NCBI RefSeq assembly: GCF_963921235.1
Contig: NC_086097.1
Coordinates: 41,542,001 to 41,606,000, forward strand
Direction of reading: 5' to 3'
Length of the DNA stretch: 64,000 bases
DNA from: Mobula hypostoma
Lineage: Eukaryota
Below, one piece after another: positions 50,990 to 63,737 of the stretch (position 1 is the first letter of the stretch; the number at the start of each line of letters is the position of its first letter). The translations under genes were made by a program, and so were the position numbers. The notes under the pieces are model-generated. The model did no database searches and was not told the DNA's origin. It saw nothing but the letters and a program-made list of their open reading frames with translations.

Positions 50990-52010
50990 CCTATCAGGGA
51001 GAGAACTCAGAAATCAAAGGTGCAAAGGGACTTGGAAATCCTTTTTCAGGATTTCCGTAAGGTTAACCAGTAAGTTGAGTCTGTAGTACAAAAGGCAAAT
51101 GCAATATTAGCATTTGTTTCAAGATGACGAAAACATTAAAGCAAGGATGCAGAGTTGACGCCTTAAAAGACAGCATTTGGAATATTATGACTATTGTTTG
51201 GCTCCACATCTACAGAAAGGTATGCTGCCCTAAAGATGGACTAGAGATAGTTCAGAAGCCTGATCCTGGAAATGAAGGGCATAATGTATGAGGAACATTT
51301 GATGTCTCTGGAGCTGTACTTGATGGAGTTCAGAAAGTTGAGGGCAAATCTCATCGGATCTTTCAGATACTGAAAGGCCTGGATATAGTGGATGTAAAGA
51401 TAATGTTTTTTTTTCAGTTGGAGAGTCTAGGTTGCAAGGGCACAGTCTCAAATACAAGGACATCCCTTTAAAATGGTAGCATCGCAGTTAGCATGACACT
51501 ATTACAACTTGGGGCATTCCAGAGTTCAGAGTTCAGATGCAGTGCTTTCTGTAAGGAGTTTATACATTCTCCCTGTGTGACCTCCTGGGCTTCCTCTGTG
51601 TGCTCCAGTTTCCTCCAACAGTTCAAATAAGTACCGGTTAGTAGTTTAACTGGTCATTGTAAATAGGCTAAGGTCTGGTTAAGGCTCATTTTACATAGAT
51701 GAGTTGCTGGCTGGTGCGACTCGCTGGGCCAGAAAGGCCTGATCCATGCCATATTTCTAAATAAAATCAAACTACGATGAGGAGGAATTGGCGTGTGTCT
51801 GTGAAATTCATTGCCACTCGGGACTGTGGAGGCCATGTCATTAGCTTTGTTTAAGGCAGAGATCAATAATTTCTTGATTGAAGTTAAGGATGATAGGGAG
51901 AATGTGGGACAATGGGGTTGAGATATTTAAGAATTAGCGATGATCGAATGCTGGAGCAAACCTGTTGGGCTGAATGGCCTAATCGTACTCCTACATCTTA
52001 TGGTCTCATC
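50990..52010 (+). mobile_element. CR1 3' fragment interrupted by a SINE
   Basis: CR1 C-terminal remnant; 3' end gggctgaatggcctaatcgtactcctacatcttatggtct. Confidence 0.75.
51473..51765 (+). mobile_element. tRNA-derived V-SINE-like element
   Basis: A-box-like TGGTAGCATCGCAGTTAGC; V-domain-like TGGGCTTCCTCTGTGTGCTCCAGTTTCCTCC; CR1-like tail gggccagaaaggcctg. Confidence 0.7.
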
Positions 52011-52744
52011 ATTTAGTTATTGAATGAGCAGAGTTCTGCATGACAGACTGAGAGGCATGAGTTCAAAGCTCACCATAGGAGTTTGAATTGAAGTGATTAA
52101 ATAAAACTGGATTTTAAAGCCTAACCTCAGCAATGATGCATGTGAAACTTCTGAATTATTATAAAAAAAAACCCCATCTGGTTCACTACTGTCCCTCGGA
52201 AGCCAACATGTTATCCTTTCTGTGCTTTATGTGTGACTCCAGATCCACCAAGGTGGCAGCCTCCCCATTTCACTGGCCAATCCTTAGGAATGGATGATGA
52301 ATGTCAACGTGTCTGCTGGGGTCTACATCTTATATACAATTTTAAAAAATAATTTGGCAAAACATTTGAAAATTTGACAGTTTGAGTTTTCTTCCTAGAG
52401 CTGACCTGGTTTACCAATGGAAAGAAATCACAGAGTCAGCAGATCTGTACGTTGGAGACATTTTTTTTGCAAAGAAAGTAACACACTTTCTTTAAGGTCA
52501 GTTTATTAACTTTCCAGTCAGAGGTGTTCTTTATTGCAAGGTGTGAAGCAGGCTATACTCACTGTACCAGCGTGTTGATACCAAGTTTTCATGTGTTGCC
52601 AATAACTGATTCACCTTCTAGCTTTCATCAGTTAGTCCTGACAAAATAGATATTCTGTATGTTCCTGGTAAATGAATTTTTGTCTTGATTGTGTTATGAA
52701 AAGTTGGAACCTGTGACATGCAGTTTGGAATTTGATTGAATGAC

Positions 52745-53590
52745 CTAGCGCTCTGCTGTGTCCGGAGAGGACCAAGAGCGCAACTGCCTCGTGCAGAAGA
52801 CTAGAGATGGGGTCCCGGAGAGGACTGAGAGAATGAACTGCTTCGTGACCAGAGACGGGGTGCGTGGCCATGATTGACTCCATCTCGAAGCAACGGAGAA
52901 GATTGAAGTATTGAGGCAAACGCAGAGGAGGTCAGTGGTGGTCAGAGTTGATAGCATTCAGACACAACGTGGTGGTCACCGTTCATGGAAGGACTGAGTT
53001 CGTAGAGCCGCTCTCTGCGAATGCTGATGGGAGGATGTTTTAAAAATTCTGAGGTTCATGTGATTATTGGACTGTACTTTAAATTAGGTTTCCTTTAGTT
53101 TTTGGTATTTTCTTTCTTGTTGCTGATTGGTGGGTGAGCAATATGTTACTTTTTAGTGAGAGAGAGAAGTTGGAGATTTGGAGTCTGACAGTCTTGGTGT
53201 TTTTGTGTGTGGGCGATCTGTTAGTTTTTTAATGTATGAATGAAGGGGTTGGGGGTTTTGATGCCATTGTCACAGTTCTTTTCTGCGAGGGAAGGGGCTG
53301 GGGGTTTGATGTTATTGTTTTATTTGTGAGGGAGGGCTTGCATTTTGATGTCCCAGCTGCCATTATCCATGTGCGCAATCTGGTAGTTTTTTGTGAGGGA
53401 GGGGGTGGGGGGTTTTGGGGTTGGCAAGTTTTGTTTCTTTTTCTTTTTCATGCATGAAGGGTGGTTGATGTCTTTTTTTTCAACAACTGCCTTTGTTTTT
53501 CTGTATTTCATGGCTATCTGGAGAAGATGAATATCAGTGTTGTATGTAACATGCATACTTTGACATTAAAATGAACCTTTGAACCCTTGA
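52745..53590 (+). mobile_element. Non-autonomous retroelement with G/T-rich degenerate repeats
   Basis: CpG-rich 5' part; internal ggggttttgatg repeats. The 3' end catactttgacattaaaatgaacctttgaacc resembles the reverse complement of ~5563-5615. Confidence 0.55.
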
Positions 53591-53964
53591 AAATGCCAGA
53601 ATTTCATAATAGGCAAGGCAGCACTTTGAAGAGAGAAAACTAGAATTAATGTTTCAAACTGATGAATTCATCCCCATGATAGCTCATCGTTCTGAAATGT
53701 TAACTTTTTCTTTCTCCACAGTTGCTGCCTGACAAACCACACTGCTCCCCCACCCCACTTTACTTCAGGTTTGGTGTACCTGCAGTATTTTGGTTTCAGT
53801 TTTCAATCTGGTAGCAAACTTCATATGCTCGTATGTGTAACTGGACTTGAATGAAATCAAACAGAATATGTTTGATCTTGTATTTGTCCCAAAATACCCT
53901 TATGGCAGTGTAAACAGCTTAATGGAGAGAATGCCAGTACAGCTTGTATTTTTCTGTTGGCCAT

Positions 53965-54725
53965 ATTGAATTGACGTTATTTCTTACATCCTTCACAAAA
54001 ATTAAGAGTAAAAATGTTTACATTATGTCTGTCTAAATGTGCAAGGTGCAACGTATAGTATGTATAACAGGACAGTCAATATAACATAGAAATACAATTG
54101 TACCTGCGTGAATTAATCAGTCTGATGGCCTGGTGGAAGAAGCTGTCCCGGAGCCTATTGGCCCTGACTTTTATACTGCGGTACCGTTTCCCGGATGGTG
54201 ACAGATGGAACAGTTTGTGGTTGGGGTGACTTGGGTCCCCAATGATCCTTCGGGCCCTTTTTACACATCTACCTTTGTAAATGTCCCGAATAGCGGGAAG
54301 TTCACATCTACAGATGTGCTGGGCTGTCCGCACCACTCTCTGTGATTAGGGAAGTACAGTTCCCATACCCGGCAGTGATGCAGCCAGTCAGGATGCTCTC
54401 AATTGTGCCCCCGTAGAAAGTCCTTAGGATATGGCAACTTGTGCCAAACTTCTTCAACCATCTGCGGTGAAAGAGGTGCTGTTGTGCTTTTTTCACCACA
54501 CAGCCAGTATGTACAGAGCACGTGAGAGCCTCGATGATGTGTATGCGGAGGAACTTAAAGCTGTTCACCCTCTCAATCTCAGATCCATTGACGTCAATAG
54601 GGGCTAGCCTGTCTCCATTCCTCTTGTAGTCCACAACCGGCTCCTTTGTTTTTCCGACATTGAGGAAGAGGTTGATCTCTTGACACTACTGTGTCAGGGT
54701 GACGATTTTGTCACTGGTGGCTGCC
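53965..54725 (-). mobile_element. Rex1/Babar 3' fragment
   Basis: ORFs 54308-54634 (ERVNSFKFL, KKAQQHL, TIESILTGCITA) and 54076-54336 (DPSHP, PSGKRYRS). Confidence 0.9.
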
Positions 54726-54860
54726 TCGTATGTATGCACCTGTGATTTCGAAGAAATAATTAAGAGCATTCTGCCTGACTATAGTAATTGTTTCACTTCT
54801 CAGAAAATCTTGGACTAGATTCTCAACTTTTTTACATCTTTGTGGCATTTTGCTTTCTAG

Positions 54861-54991
54861 GTACTTTGAACCTTTTTCTACGATTCAAAGGATCGGCCAT
54901 AACGGAGAATCTCATTTGGAGTATGTCTGGCAACCAAGGTGATCAGTGGCTGCATGCAAGTATCAATATCAATCCAAGTGGAACTTTTCAG
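54861..54991 (+). CDS. MDGA2: Next coding exon (131 bp, phase 1-0) of the same MDGA-family MAM domain
   Basis: Acceptor ttttgctttctag ends at 54860; donor GTGAGA at 54992. Translation (G)TLNLFLRFKGSAITENLIWSMSGNQGDQWLHASININPSGTFQ has the MAM W-S-x-S-G-N-x-G-x-x-W motif. It splices in frame to the 29662-29820 exon across a 25,040-bp intron. Confidence 0.9.
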
Positions 54992-55389
54992 GTGAGAAAA
55001 CAAAAAAAAACCGTAATACATTGTGGCAGAGATTGGCATTTGCCGGTGTATCTTAAATATTATCCACACCTATTGTTTGTTGAAAGCATAAAGAAAAAGA
55101 TGCATTTCTTTATTTAAAGGATCTGTGGAAAATCTAGCAGGAAAAAAAATGTGGCCAATTTATTGGAAGGTACTTTCACAATTTACCAACATCCTGACAG
55201 ATTCCTTGTAGGATGTTTGACCTCATTGTTGTCCCTTTGGGGTCTTCTTGGGAAAACCTCTAGGTCATCATAGTATCATTAGCTAGAGGATCTTTTGACT
55301 GAAAGGATATGGTTTGGGTATTGAGAGGAGGTTCATGGTAGAGGGAGCCTGTTGTTTTTGTAGAGTTCAATGGAACACTCAAGCTTCAA

Positions 55390-56740
55390 AGCTTAATGTA
55401 CAGCAAAATTTATTATCAAAGTGTGTATAGATAACTATATACTACCCTGAGATACATTTTCTTGTGGGCATTCACAGTAGAACAAAGAAATACAATGGAA
55501 TCAATGAAAAAACTGCGCACCAAGATTGACAAACAGCCAACATGAAAAAGACAAACTGTACAAATATGAAAACAAATAATAGTAATAATAATGACTAAAT
55601 AAGTAAAAAAATAATACTGAGAACACGAGTTGTAGAGTCCTGGAGTGAGAGCCTATAGTTTAGTGATGAGGTGAGTTAAGTTATCCATGCTGGACCATGA
55701 GCCTGTTGGTGGTAGAATAATGACTGTTTCTGAACCTGTTAGTGTTGTACCTAAGATTCCTATAGCTCCTTCTCGATGGAAACAGTGAGAAGAGAGCATG
55801 GCCTGGATGGTGAGACTCCTCGATAATGGATGCTGCTTTCCTGCAACAGCGCCACTTGTAGATGTGTTAATGGTAGGGAGGGCATTTCCTGTGATGGACT
55901 GGGCTATATCCACCACTTCTTGTAGGCCTTTCCACTCTTGGGCATTGACATTTCCATACCAGGCCAAGATGCAACCAGTCTGGATAACTCACCACTGTGC
56001 ACCTATTGAAGTTTATCGAAGTTTTAGATGGCATGCCTAATCTGCGTAGACGTCTGAGATAGCAGAGGTGGTGCAGTGCCTTCTTTGTAATTTTTCCAGA
56101 AGCTGGTTACAGGGCAGAGCCTCCTAAAGTGAGTAGAGCAGGGGCTAAGCACACAGCCATGTGGTGCACCCGAGCTGATGGTGATTGTGGAGGAGATGTT
56201 GCCAACCTCAGCTGACTGACAGCTGCAAGTAAGGAAATTAAGGATCCAAGGAGGTATTGAGGCCTAGGTCTTGGAGCTTATTGGTTTGTTTTGATGGGAT
56301 GACCGTGTTAAATGCCGAATTGTAATGAATGAATGGCATCCTGATGTATGCATCTTCACTTTCAATATGTTCCAGAGCTGAGTGAAGAGCCAATGAAATG
56401 TACAACAGTAGGAAAATTGGAGTGGATCTAAGTCACTCCTTAGGCTGGAGTTGGTGTGCTTCATTGCCAACCCCTCAAAGCATTTTACCACAGTGAATGT
56501 AAGTGCTACTGGACAATAATCATTGAGGCAGGTCACCATGTTCAATCACTGGTATGATTGAAGCCTGCTGGAAGCAGGTGGGTACCTCAGATTGCCAAAG
56601 TGAGAGATTGAAGAAATTGAACACTTCAGCCAGATGATTAGCACAGGTAAGCAATACTTGGCCAGGTACACTGATTGGGTCAGATGATTTCCTTGCCTCA
56701 CCCTTTGGAATGCTGTTTTCACGTCGGCCTCAGAGACTGC
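55390..56740 (-). mobile_element. Rex1/Babar 3' fragment (decayed)
   Basis: ORFs 56264-56545 (CLNDYCPVALT, KCFE, LDPLQF) and 55653-55967. Confidence 0.88.
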
Positions 56741-57159
56741 AATCCCAGAGTCATTGGGGCTGTGGTATTTTGTGAAGGTGCTCCATGTTTTGCGTTTCTT
56801 GCTCTAATTGTTCCAAAAATTATATTAATTATTCAGTGTTGTCTACCTGGCTGTTCTAAATTGTGCCTGTTGATTCCCAAGATGGCATTAAAGGCTCCAT
56901 AGCCACTTTGCATTTATAACAAGAGAGTTGCCTACAAGAAGTAAATGGTTCTGGCACCCATGCTTCTTACACAAAACATTGTTCAGAATAGCAGCAAAAA
57001 ACATATTATGTGCTTTGCCCATACATTTTCATGAATAGCACCTGCCAGGCCAGGTAAAATTTCCACCATATCTGAACACTGTAGTTTGAAGGTCACTGCT
57101 TTTTAAAAAATGGAGACATGCAGCATGGAAGCAAGTTACTTGGCCCATCTAATCCATAC

Positions 57160-57702
57160 CCTGGCCCTATGCTCATCTCGAGAGCATCCAGACAGCAAAG
57201 GCACTTTTATCAGACTATTGTTCAATGACTAGATCTCTGCCTTCAACGCTGTAATTCCAAGCAAACCTACCTCCAAGTTCCTTGACCTGGGATTCAGCAC
57301 CTCCCTTTGTGGGTGAATCCTTGACTTCCTGACCAACAGACCACAAATCTCTAAGGATAGGCAGCAACATCTCCACCACCATTATTCTCATCACTGATTC
57401 CCCACAATCAGCCTCCTTATATGCTCACAACTCACAACTGGGTAGCCATACTCTGCTCTGACTTATTCGAATTTTCTGATGACGCCTCTGAGTCTCAGAT
57501 TGATGAGTAAGAGTGCAGAAAGGAGACAGAGAGCCTGATAATATGGTATCATAACAACAATTTTCCCCTCAATGTCAGCAAATAAAAGAGCTGGTCATCT
57601 ATTCCAGGTGGGGGCAGTGTGCCTGCTCCTATTTACACCAACAGTACTGAGGTCGAGAGGATCGAGACCCCTAGGTTCCTGGGAGTAAACATCACCAATA
57701 AC
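57160..57702 (+). mobile_element. Rex1/Babar RT fragment (decayed)
   Basis: tctgccttcaac, gacttcctgaccaacagaccaca, ctcaatgtcagcaa motifs parallel 49280-49790; ORF 57619 has RFLGVNIT. Confidence 0.8.
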
Positions 57703-58389
57703 ACTGGAGAACATTTGCTCAGTTCTCAGTACCAAAAACATTTATTCAAAGCCTATCAATCTCAGTTAATGACCATGGATGTGTTGAACTTTGGAGTTGG
57801 GAAATCTGATGATTTGTGAAACTCCTAGAAAAGAAGCTTTCTACCCGAGACCCACTTGATCTGTCCATAGAGTCATAGTGCAGAAACAGACCCCTCAGCC
57901 CATCTTGTCCACGACAGACTATTAATCTGTCCAGTCCCATCGTCCTGCACCTGGACAATAACCCTGCATACCCCTCTTTTTTACGTAGCGAAGAGAATCA
58001 TAGAACACGACGGCATAGAAGCAGGCCATGCTGAGACTATTGTCCTCAATTCTGGACTCCACAGACTAGGAAATGAAGTCTCCACCTCTGTCAGCCTGGG
58101 GATGTTTTAGTTTCCACCCCACACAGAGCAGGTCTGCCTGCCCCTTACAAATATCCAGGGATCTTTGTATTATTTTTACAAAAAATCCAGCTTCAATGCC
58201 TAGCTAAGGTGGACACTGCGCAGCAAACATAGGTTTCAGTGCCGTCCAAGTAAAGACACTGAGAAGGTGAGTAAGAATTCTGAAGACAACTATTTCACAA
58301 AGTTGCACTACTTAATTTGTGGTCTGTAAGAGGACTCAATTAACCTCCCATGGAGCTGCGACTCCATCTGAATCAGTGACATGAGGCTT

Positions 58390-58850
58390 CCCTGTGTATG
58401 GAAATGGTCTTGAGCATTTGATGGCTCTGAGCCTGTACTCGCTGGAGTTTAAAAGAACGAAGGAGAAACTTCACTGAAGCCTTCGGAATATTGAAGGGCC
58501 TAGATAGAGTGGATGTTTTCCATAGTGGTGAGGTGGGGTGGGGGGAATCTAAGGTGAGAGGAAATAGCCATAGAATAGAAGGATTTTCCTTTAGAGCAGA
58601 GATGAGGAGGAATTTCTTTAGCCAGTGAGTGGAGAATCTATGGAATTCACGGCCACAGGTGTCTGTGGAGGCCAGGTCATTGGGTATATTGAAAGCAGAG
58701 GCTCTTGATCAGTAAAGGTGTCAAAGGTTACGTGGAGAAGGCAGGAGAATGGGGTTGAGAGGGATAATAAACCACCCATGATGGGATGGCAGAACAGACT
58801 GGATGGGCCAAATGGCCAATTTCTGCTCCTATATCTTATGATCTTATAAC
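58390..58850 (+). mobile_element. CR1 3' end
   Basis: gagatgaggaggaatttctttagccag; 3' end gatgggccaaatggccaatttctgctcctatatcttatg. Confidence 0.85.
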
Positions 58851-61740
58851 ACCACTCTGGTGATTGGAGTGAGGCTTAACCACCTGACACACAGAGGTCT
58901 TTGCTCTACCACTTAGTAACTGGCGGAGCTAGCTCTGACGAAGCTCTGACCCCTTGTGATGTGAACTGGGTGGTACTGGGTCACCGTGCAGCTCATTTCA
59001 GAGTCTGCTCAAGCCCTGAAATGAATCCACAGAAAAGAATTCCATGTAGAGCGGTAGTTTTGTTCTATTGGTGGAATAAGATTTGAAACATATAACCATA
59101 TAACAATTACAGCACGGATACAGTACTGAAACATGTTTCAGAATAAAATGTTTTGCACCGCAGTGCAATTCTATGAGAATAATTGCCACCTTAACTTCAC
59201 TCTGGCTAGGCACAGTCATTTGTTTCCTCAGAAGATTATTTTCTTTTGTAAAAAGTGGCTTTTATTCACAAGGGAAACCTAGGTCTTTTAAAGCCCAGAC
59301 TACTAAATTAAACTATTGTGTGTTTTTGACTTGCAGTCTACTGGGGTTTGAGTAAATCTGCTAAAACAAAATTTAGTAGTGACCTCTAGCATCCCTCGCA
59401 TCACACTCCTCAAAGGTATGTACAGGCTTCAAACCTGAGGCACTTAATTAATAAGAGACCCACTGGAATGTTTTTTGAGAGACATTCAAAAAGACATTAT
59501 TTTTATATGGTGGTTTCAGGGACAAAGCTGTAAATAACATTCACCATTGAATTATTTGCAGCCTGTGGGAGAGTGATTGAATTTCAATCATGAAAGAGAG
59601 TGTTTTTGTTCCTTCCTGTCATGGTATTTTCTAAACTTACCTTGGCCATCAATCACTGGCCAACACAGTTTAAGATAATCTTTCTGGCTCTATAATGTAC
59701 TTGTATTCTAATAGAGCTCCTTCTAATAAGCAAAGGAGGTCTGACCCATCCTGCTTCTTGCTTCATCCCTGTCCCTCCAACACAACTGAACAAGTGTCAC
59801 AAATGTCACCCCCCCCCCCCCCGCAAACTATCATAACCCTTTCTCTACACCATTCCTGTCCCAGGTCTCTTCCTTGAAAAGGCACCCTCTCACTCAACGA
59901 TCTCTCCATCACTCAACCCCCCTGACAGACACCTCGCTTCCTCAATGCAACTCATCAAAGCCATTAGGCTCCAATAATTGATGCATCCTGCGATATTTCA
60001 AGTTGTTTCAGTTAACTCTAAGAGGTGAACTGCCTTTGCCTGCTGCTCTTCATGAACTGATCCAAACCCTTTAAAACCAGTATAACTGAGAACTCATAAA
60101 TAAACACGGACTGCATATAACACTGCAGAAATATGCAACAAAGAACTGAAGCTGCTTCTGCCATGTATTCACATGCTGCATTCTCCAATTAATAAAAGAC
60201 AAGTGAAGAGATAATTTGGCAGGAAGTTTCAATGAAATTCAAATTTAATTGTCATTAAACCATATTAGAATACTCACAAATACAGCCAAACTAGGCAGTA
60301 TTACCACAGTGTCAAGGTAAAAGACACATTACTAACAGCCACACGCAAGATCGCAATCATGTAATAAGAGTCCTGAAGCCAACCTCCCTCCTCTCCACTG
60401 CAACGCTGTGCCTTGATGCATAGAAGGCAACAAATCCATATAGAATATCAGTAAAAATACAATGACACAGAATATGTATGTATACATACAGTCCAGACCC
60501 CCCAGCCCACCGATATCATCTGTCAATACCCACAAGGTGAATCCGTGGCTTTGAGGCCTAGTCCTCGCACGTACAAGAACATATAGAATGTTAGTAAAAA
60601 CCCAACCAGACCCATATGTATACAGTCCAGACCCATCAGTCCATCTTAAATTTTCAGTTGCCACAACTGTGCTACGCCGCCCTCAGTAGAGTGCGATGGC
60701 TCGGGTGTCTCCCCAGTGGCTAAAAAGCAAGCAACCTCGCAGCTTGAGGCCTAAGTCCATCGAGTGCCGCTAAAAAAACCTGCAGGTGGCCACAACAGAG
60801 CTTGTCTTCCGCCAAGCAAAACCCTGGGAGGGCAGCTCTGACTCCATTCTATTCCTGGTTCCTGCCACCATATAAATAGTTGGGGGGAGGGGGGGCGCTG
60901 TGATTTGATACCTATCAACTTAAAACACTCAACTCACAACATCAATGGGAATAAATAAAATCCAGGAAGAGTATTTGACAAACACATATTTCCATGTTAT
61001 GCAGTGACCTTCAGAGCTGTGACCATTTGGTGTGTGTAGAGCTTGGAAGACAAGCAAGCATTTTATTTGGTGATGGAAATTCAGACCTGAAGCTTCATCA
61101 ATAAATGGATTGATGAGGGACTGGAAATGGGTACTGCCACGAGAATGACTGAACTGTTGATGGACTATGCGCAGGATTTGAAGCTTTGCTCAGTAGCAGA
61201 CTGAAGACTGAAATTGCCCAAAGTGTTGAGCTGTCCCTGACAGCAGGAACCCTTGGTTGCGAGTTAAATTGTCAAGCCATCCAATTGACATGAATATGTT
61301 GATGCTGTGCAATAATACGAGGATAAAGCAGAATGTAACTCCATGAAAATCAATTCCAATTAATTCCTTTTGTGAGGACTGAAAGATTTTTGTAACATAT
61401 AGGCAGGGTCCTGTAACTTTACTGTATATAAAGCTAGGAACACAATGAATTGCTAAGATACGGAACTCTGCTGAGATACACGTATCTTGTTTATTTGAGT
61501 ATGAGCTGACTGAACATGTATGAATATGTCATATATTTTCGCCCACTGTCTAGTAATTTGTGGTTTCTGTGAAATTGTCTGGTGCTGCTGTCCATTGATT
61601 TGATTATTTTGCTCGACTGATCATTTCGAAAGGTGTACTGGAGAAGAATGAAAAAGATGCTGAAACCTGCAAGTGTAAAGCTGCAGCCTTGACTTCTATG
61701 AATATTAATGCTGATCTTGGATGATGCTCATCCGGGAAGT

Positions 61741-61880
61741 ACATGTGATTCTGCATCGGCTGGAAATCTTGAACAACGCACACAGAATGCTGCAGGGACT
61801 CAGCAGGACATGCAGCAGCTATGGCCCTCCATCAGAAGCTGCCTGACCTGCTGAGTTCCTCCAGATCTTGTGCATGTTGC
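61741..61880 (-). mobile_element. Old Penelope-like mini-palindrome
   Basis: Tail ctgcatcggctggaaatc, then arms ~61771-61818 and ~61838-61881 (actcagcagg / cctgctgagt). Degenerate TSD TGCTCATCC(G/T)GG(A)AAGT at 61725-61740 and 61878-61894. Confidence 0.7.
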
Positions 61881-63084
61881 TCATCCTGGAAAGTTGGCTT
61901 CATTACCTCGTGGAAATCAGACACTGTCAAAGCAAAAAGCATCTCACCAGCTCACTATTCAGGATGATATTGATGAACTGAAGTTTGCAATGAACAGGTT
62001 TTTGTATGTCTGGACCAAATTACCTCACAATCAATGCCAAGTGAACAACTGTGTCGCAGAGTAGTAATACCACACCTAAAACCTGTGCCATAGGTGAAAC
62101 TGTGGACAATGAAGGTTATTCTGTGACCTTGATAGGGAATGGTGTGAAAATTGGCACAAATCACAGTCTCTTTTAGCAAAATAACTTCAGGTGACTGGAA
62201 AAGCAAGTTCTTGATCTGAACAATCATCAAGATTGTTCCTGCATTCTCTTCTTTTCTGCTGTGCTGCAAGCCAGAGTGAAGATTAAACAGTTCCCACCCT
62301 GGAAGTCTCAGAAAAATCCGTGGAATCACTTCAGTACAATGGATGACCTCAATTAGACTGACATAGTCAATGACTCTGGATGCTCACAGAAATGTGGAAC
62401 AGATGAAGTGTGCTGCAAGGTCACCTGATTAAAAACTGTGCTCCATGGCTATTTTGAGAATTACTTGCAGTGCAAAGAAAGGGCAAAACTCCAAAACAGA
62501 CTCAAGCAACTTGTAGAGAAATTCATCATTTTCGGTAAGGACTGGGAGAATGATGCTCATAGATGTCATTCTGGTGAAATTGTGTCAAATAGTATGTCAT
62601 CGCCACTGAGAACCACCAGCGAGCCCAGAACAAGGTTTATATCAGAGTCTGATAGCAGCCATACTCCATCCTCCTGGCCAGCCAATCTGGGAAGGTTTGC
62701 AACTTACACACCAGCCTCTTTTCCTGCACTCCTAACTCAAGCTGCAGCTGTGGATTTGTGTCATAACACCTGACGATTCTGTCTCATTACTTCACAGGGT
62801 GTTTCATAGATTGAGAAATGTTCACAGTCAATATATTTGGTGGAATTGTCCTTTGAAATTGCACTTGCACTGAAGTGGCAAAGCTTGGCAGATGGAGACA
62901 TAAATCGTGTTTTTTATTGTGGGTTCCTCACAAAGAATAACCTTTTTGTGATTCCTATTTGTTCATTGCAATTCACCCACGCTTCACATGTTGCCGTACT
63001 GAGCAGCCTTGAGGGCCCACTCGTGCTCTTATTTCTCACATCTTGCCTGCTGGTGACAGTACAAAAGGCTCAGTTCCATTTAAA

Positions 63085-63737
63085 TACAAAGTAAATTAAT
63101 ATTGTCAAAGTACATATCTGTCACCACATACAACCCTGAGGTTCACATTTTCTTGCTGGCATTCACAATAAATAAAAGAAAAACAAGGGAGTCAATGAAA
63201 GACTGAAGACAGCCCCCCAAACAATCAATGTGCAAAAGACAACAAACTACGCAAATGCAAAAAGAAAAGAAGGGTAATAATAATAATAAGAATAAGCAAT
63301 AAATATTGAGAACATAGGATGAAGAGTCCTTCAAAGTGAGTCCATAGATTGTGGGAACAGTTCAGTGATGGGGTGAGTGAAGTTATCCCCTCTGGTTCAA
63401 GATCCCGTTGGGAGAGGTGTAATAACCGTTCCTGAACCTGGTAGTGCCGGTCCTGATGTGCCTGTACCTTCTTTCTGATGGCAACAATGAGAAGAGAGCA
63501 TGAGCTGGGTGGTGGGGGTCCCTGATGATGGATGCTGCTTTCCTGCAACAGTGCTCCATGTAGATGTGCTCAATGGTGGGGAGGGCTATACCCGTGATAG
63601 ACTGGGCCGTATCCAGTACTTTTCGTAGGTTTTTCCATTTAAGGGCATTCGTGTTTCCATTCCAGGCTGTGATGCAACCAGTTAGTGTGATCTCCATCAC
63701 ACATCTACAAAAGTTTGTCAAAGGTTTGAATGACATA
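63085..63737 (-). mobile_element. Rex1/Babar 3' fragment, followed by another element end at ~63740-63980
   Basis: ORF 63383-63736 (LTGCITAWNGN, DPHHPAHALFSLLPSERRYR). Confidence 0.88.

Noticed and set aside
53965..54725. Inverted missing 3' end of the 46816-49818 Rex element
   Set aside because: The overlapping region differs substantially (EQVKSFKFFGVNIT vs ERVNSFKFLRIHI), so it is a separate copy or subfamily.
54788..55117. 109-aa ORF as a standalone gene
   Set aside because: Only 54861-54991 is exon, bounded by AG/GT; the flanks are intron read-through.
61619..61680. Possible next MDGA exon (expected IIFEG...GDIAIDD)
   Set aside because: Reads IISKGVLEK with no acceptor AG and no DIAIDD motif. 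I found neither the following nor the preceding MDGA exon in the window, though a by-eye miss is possible.
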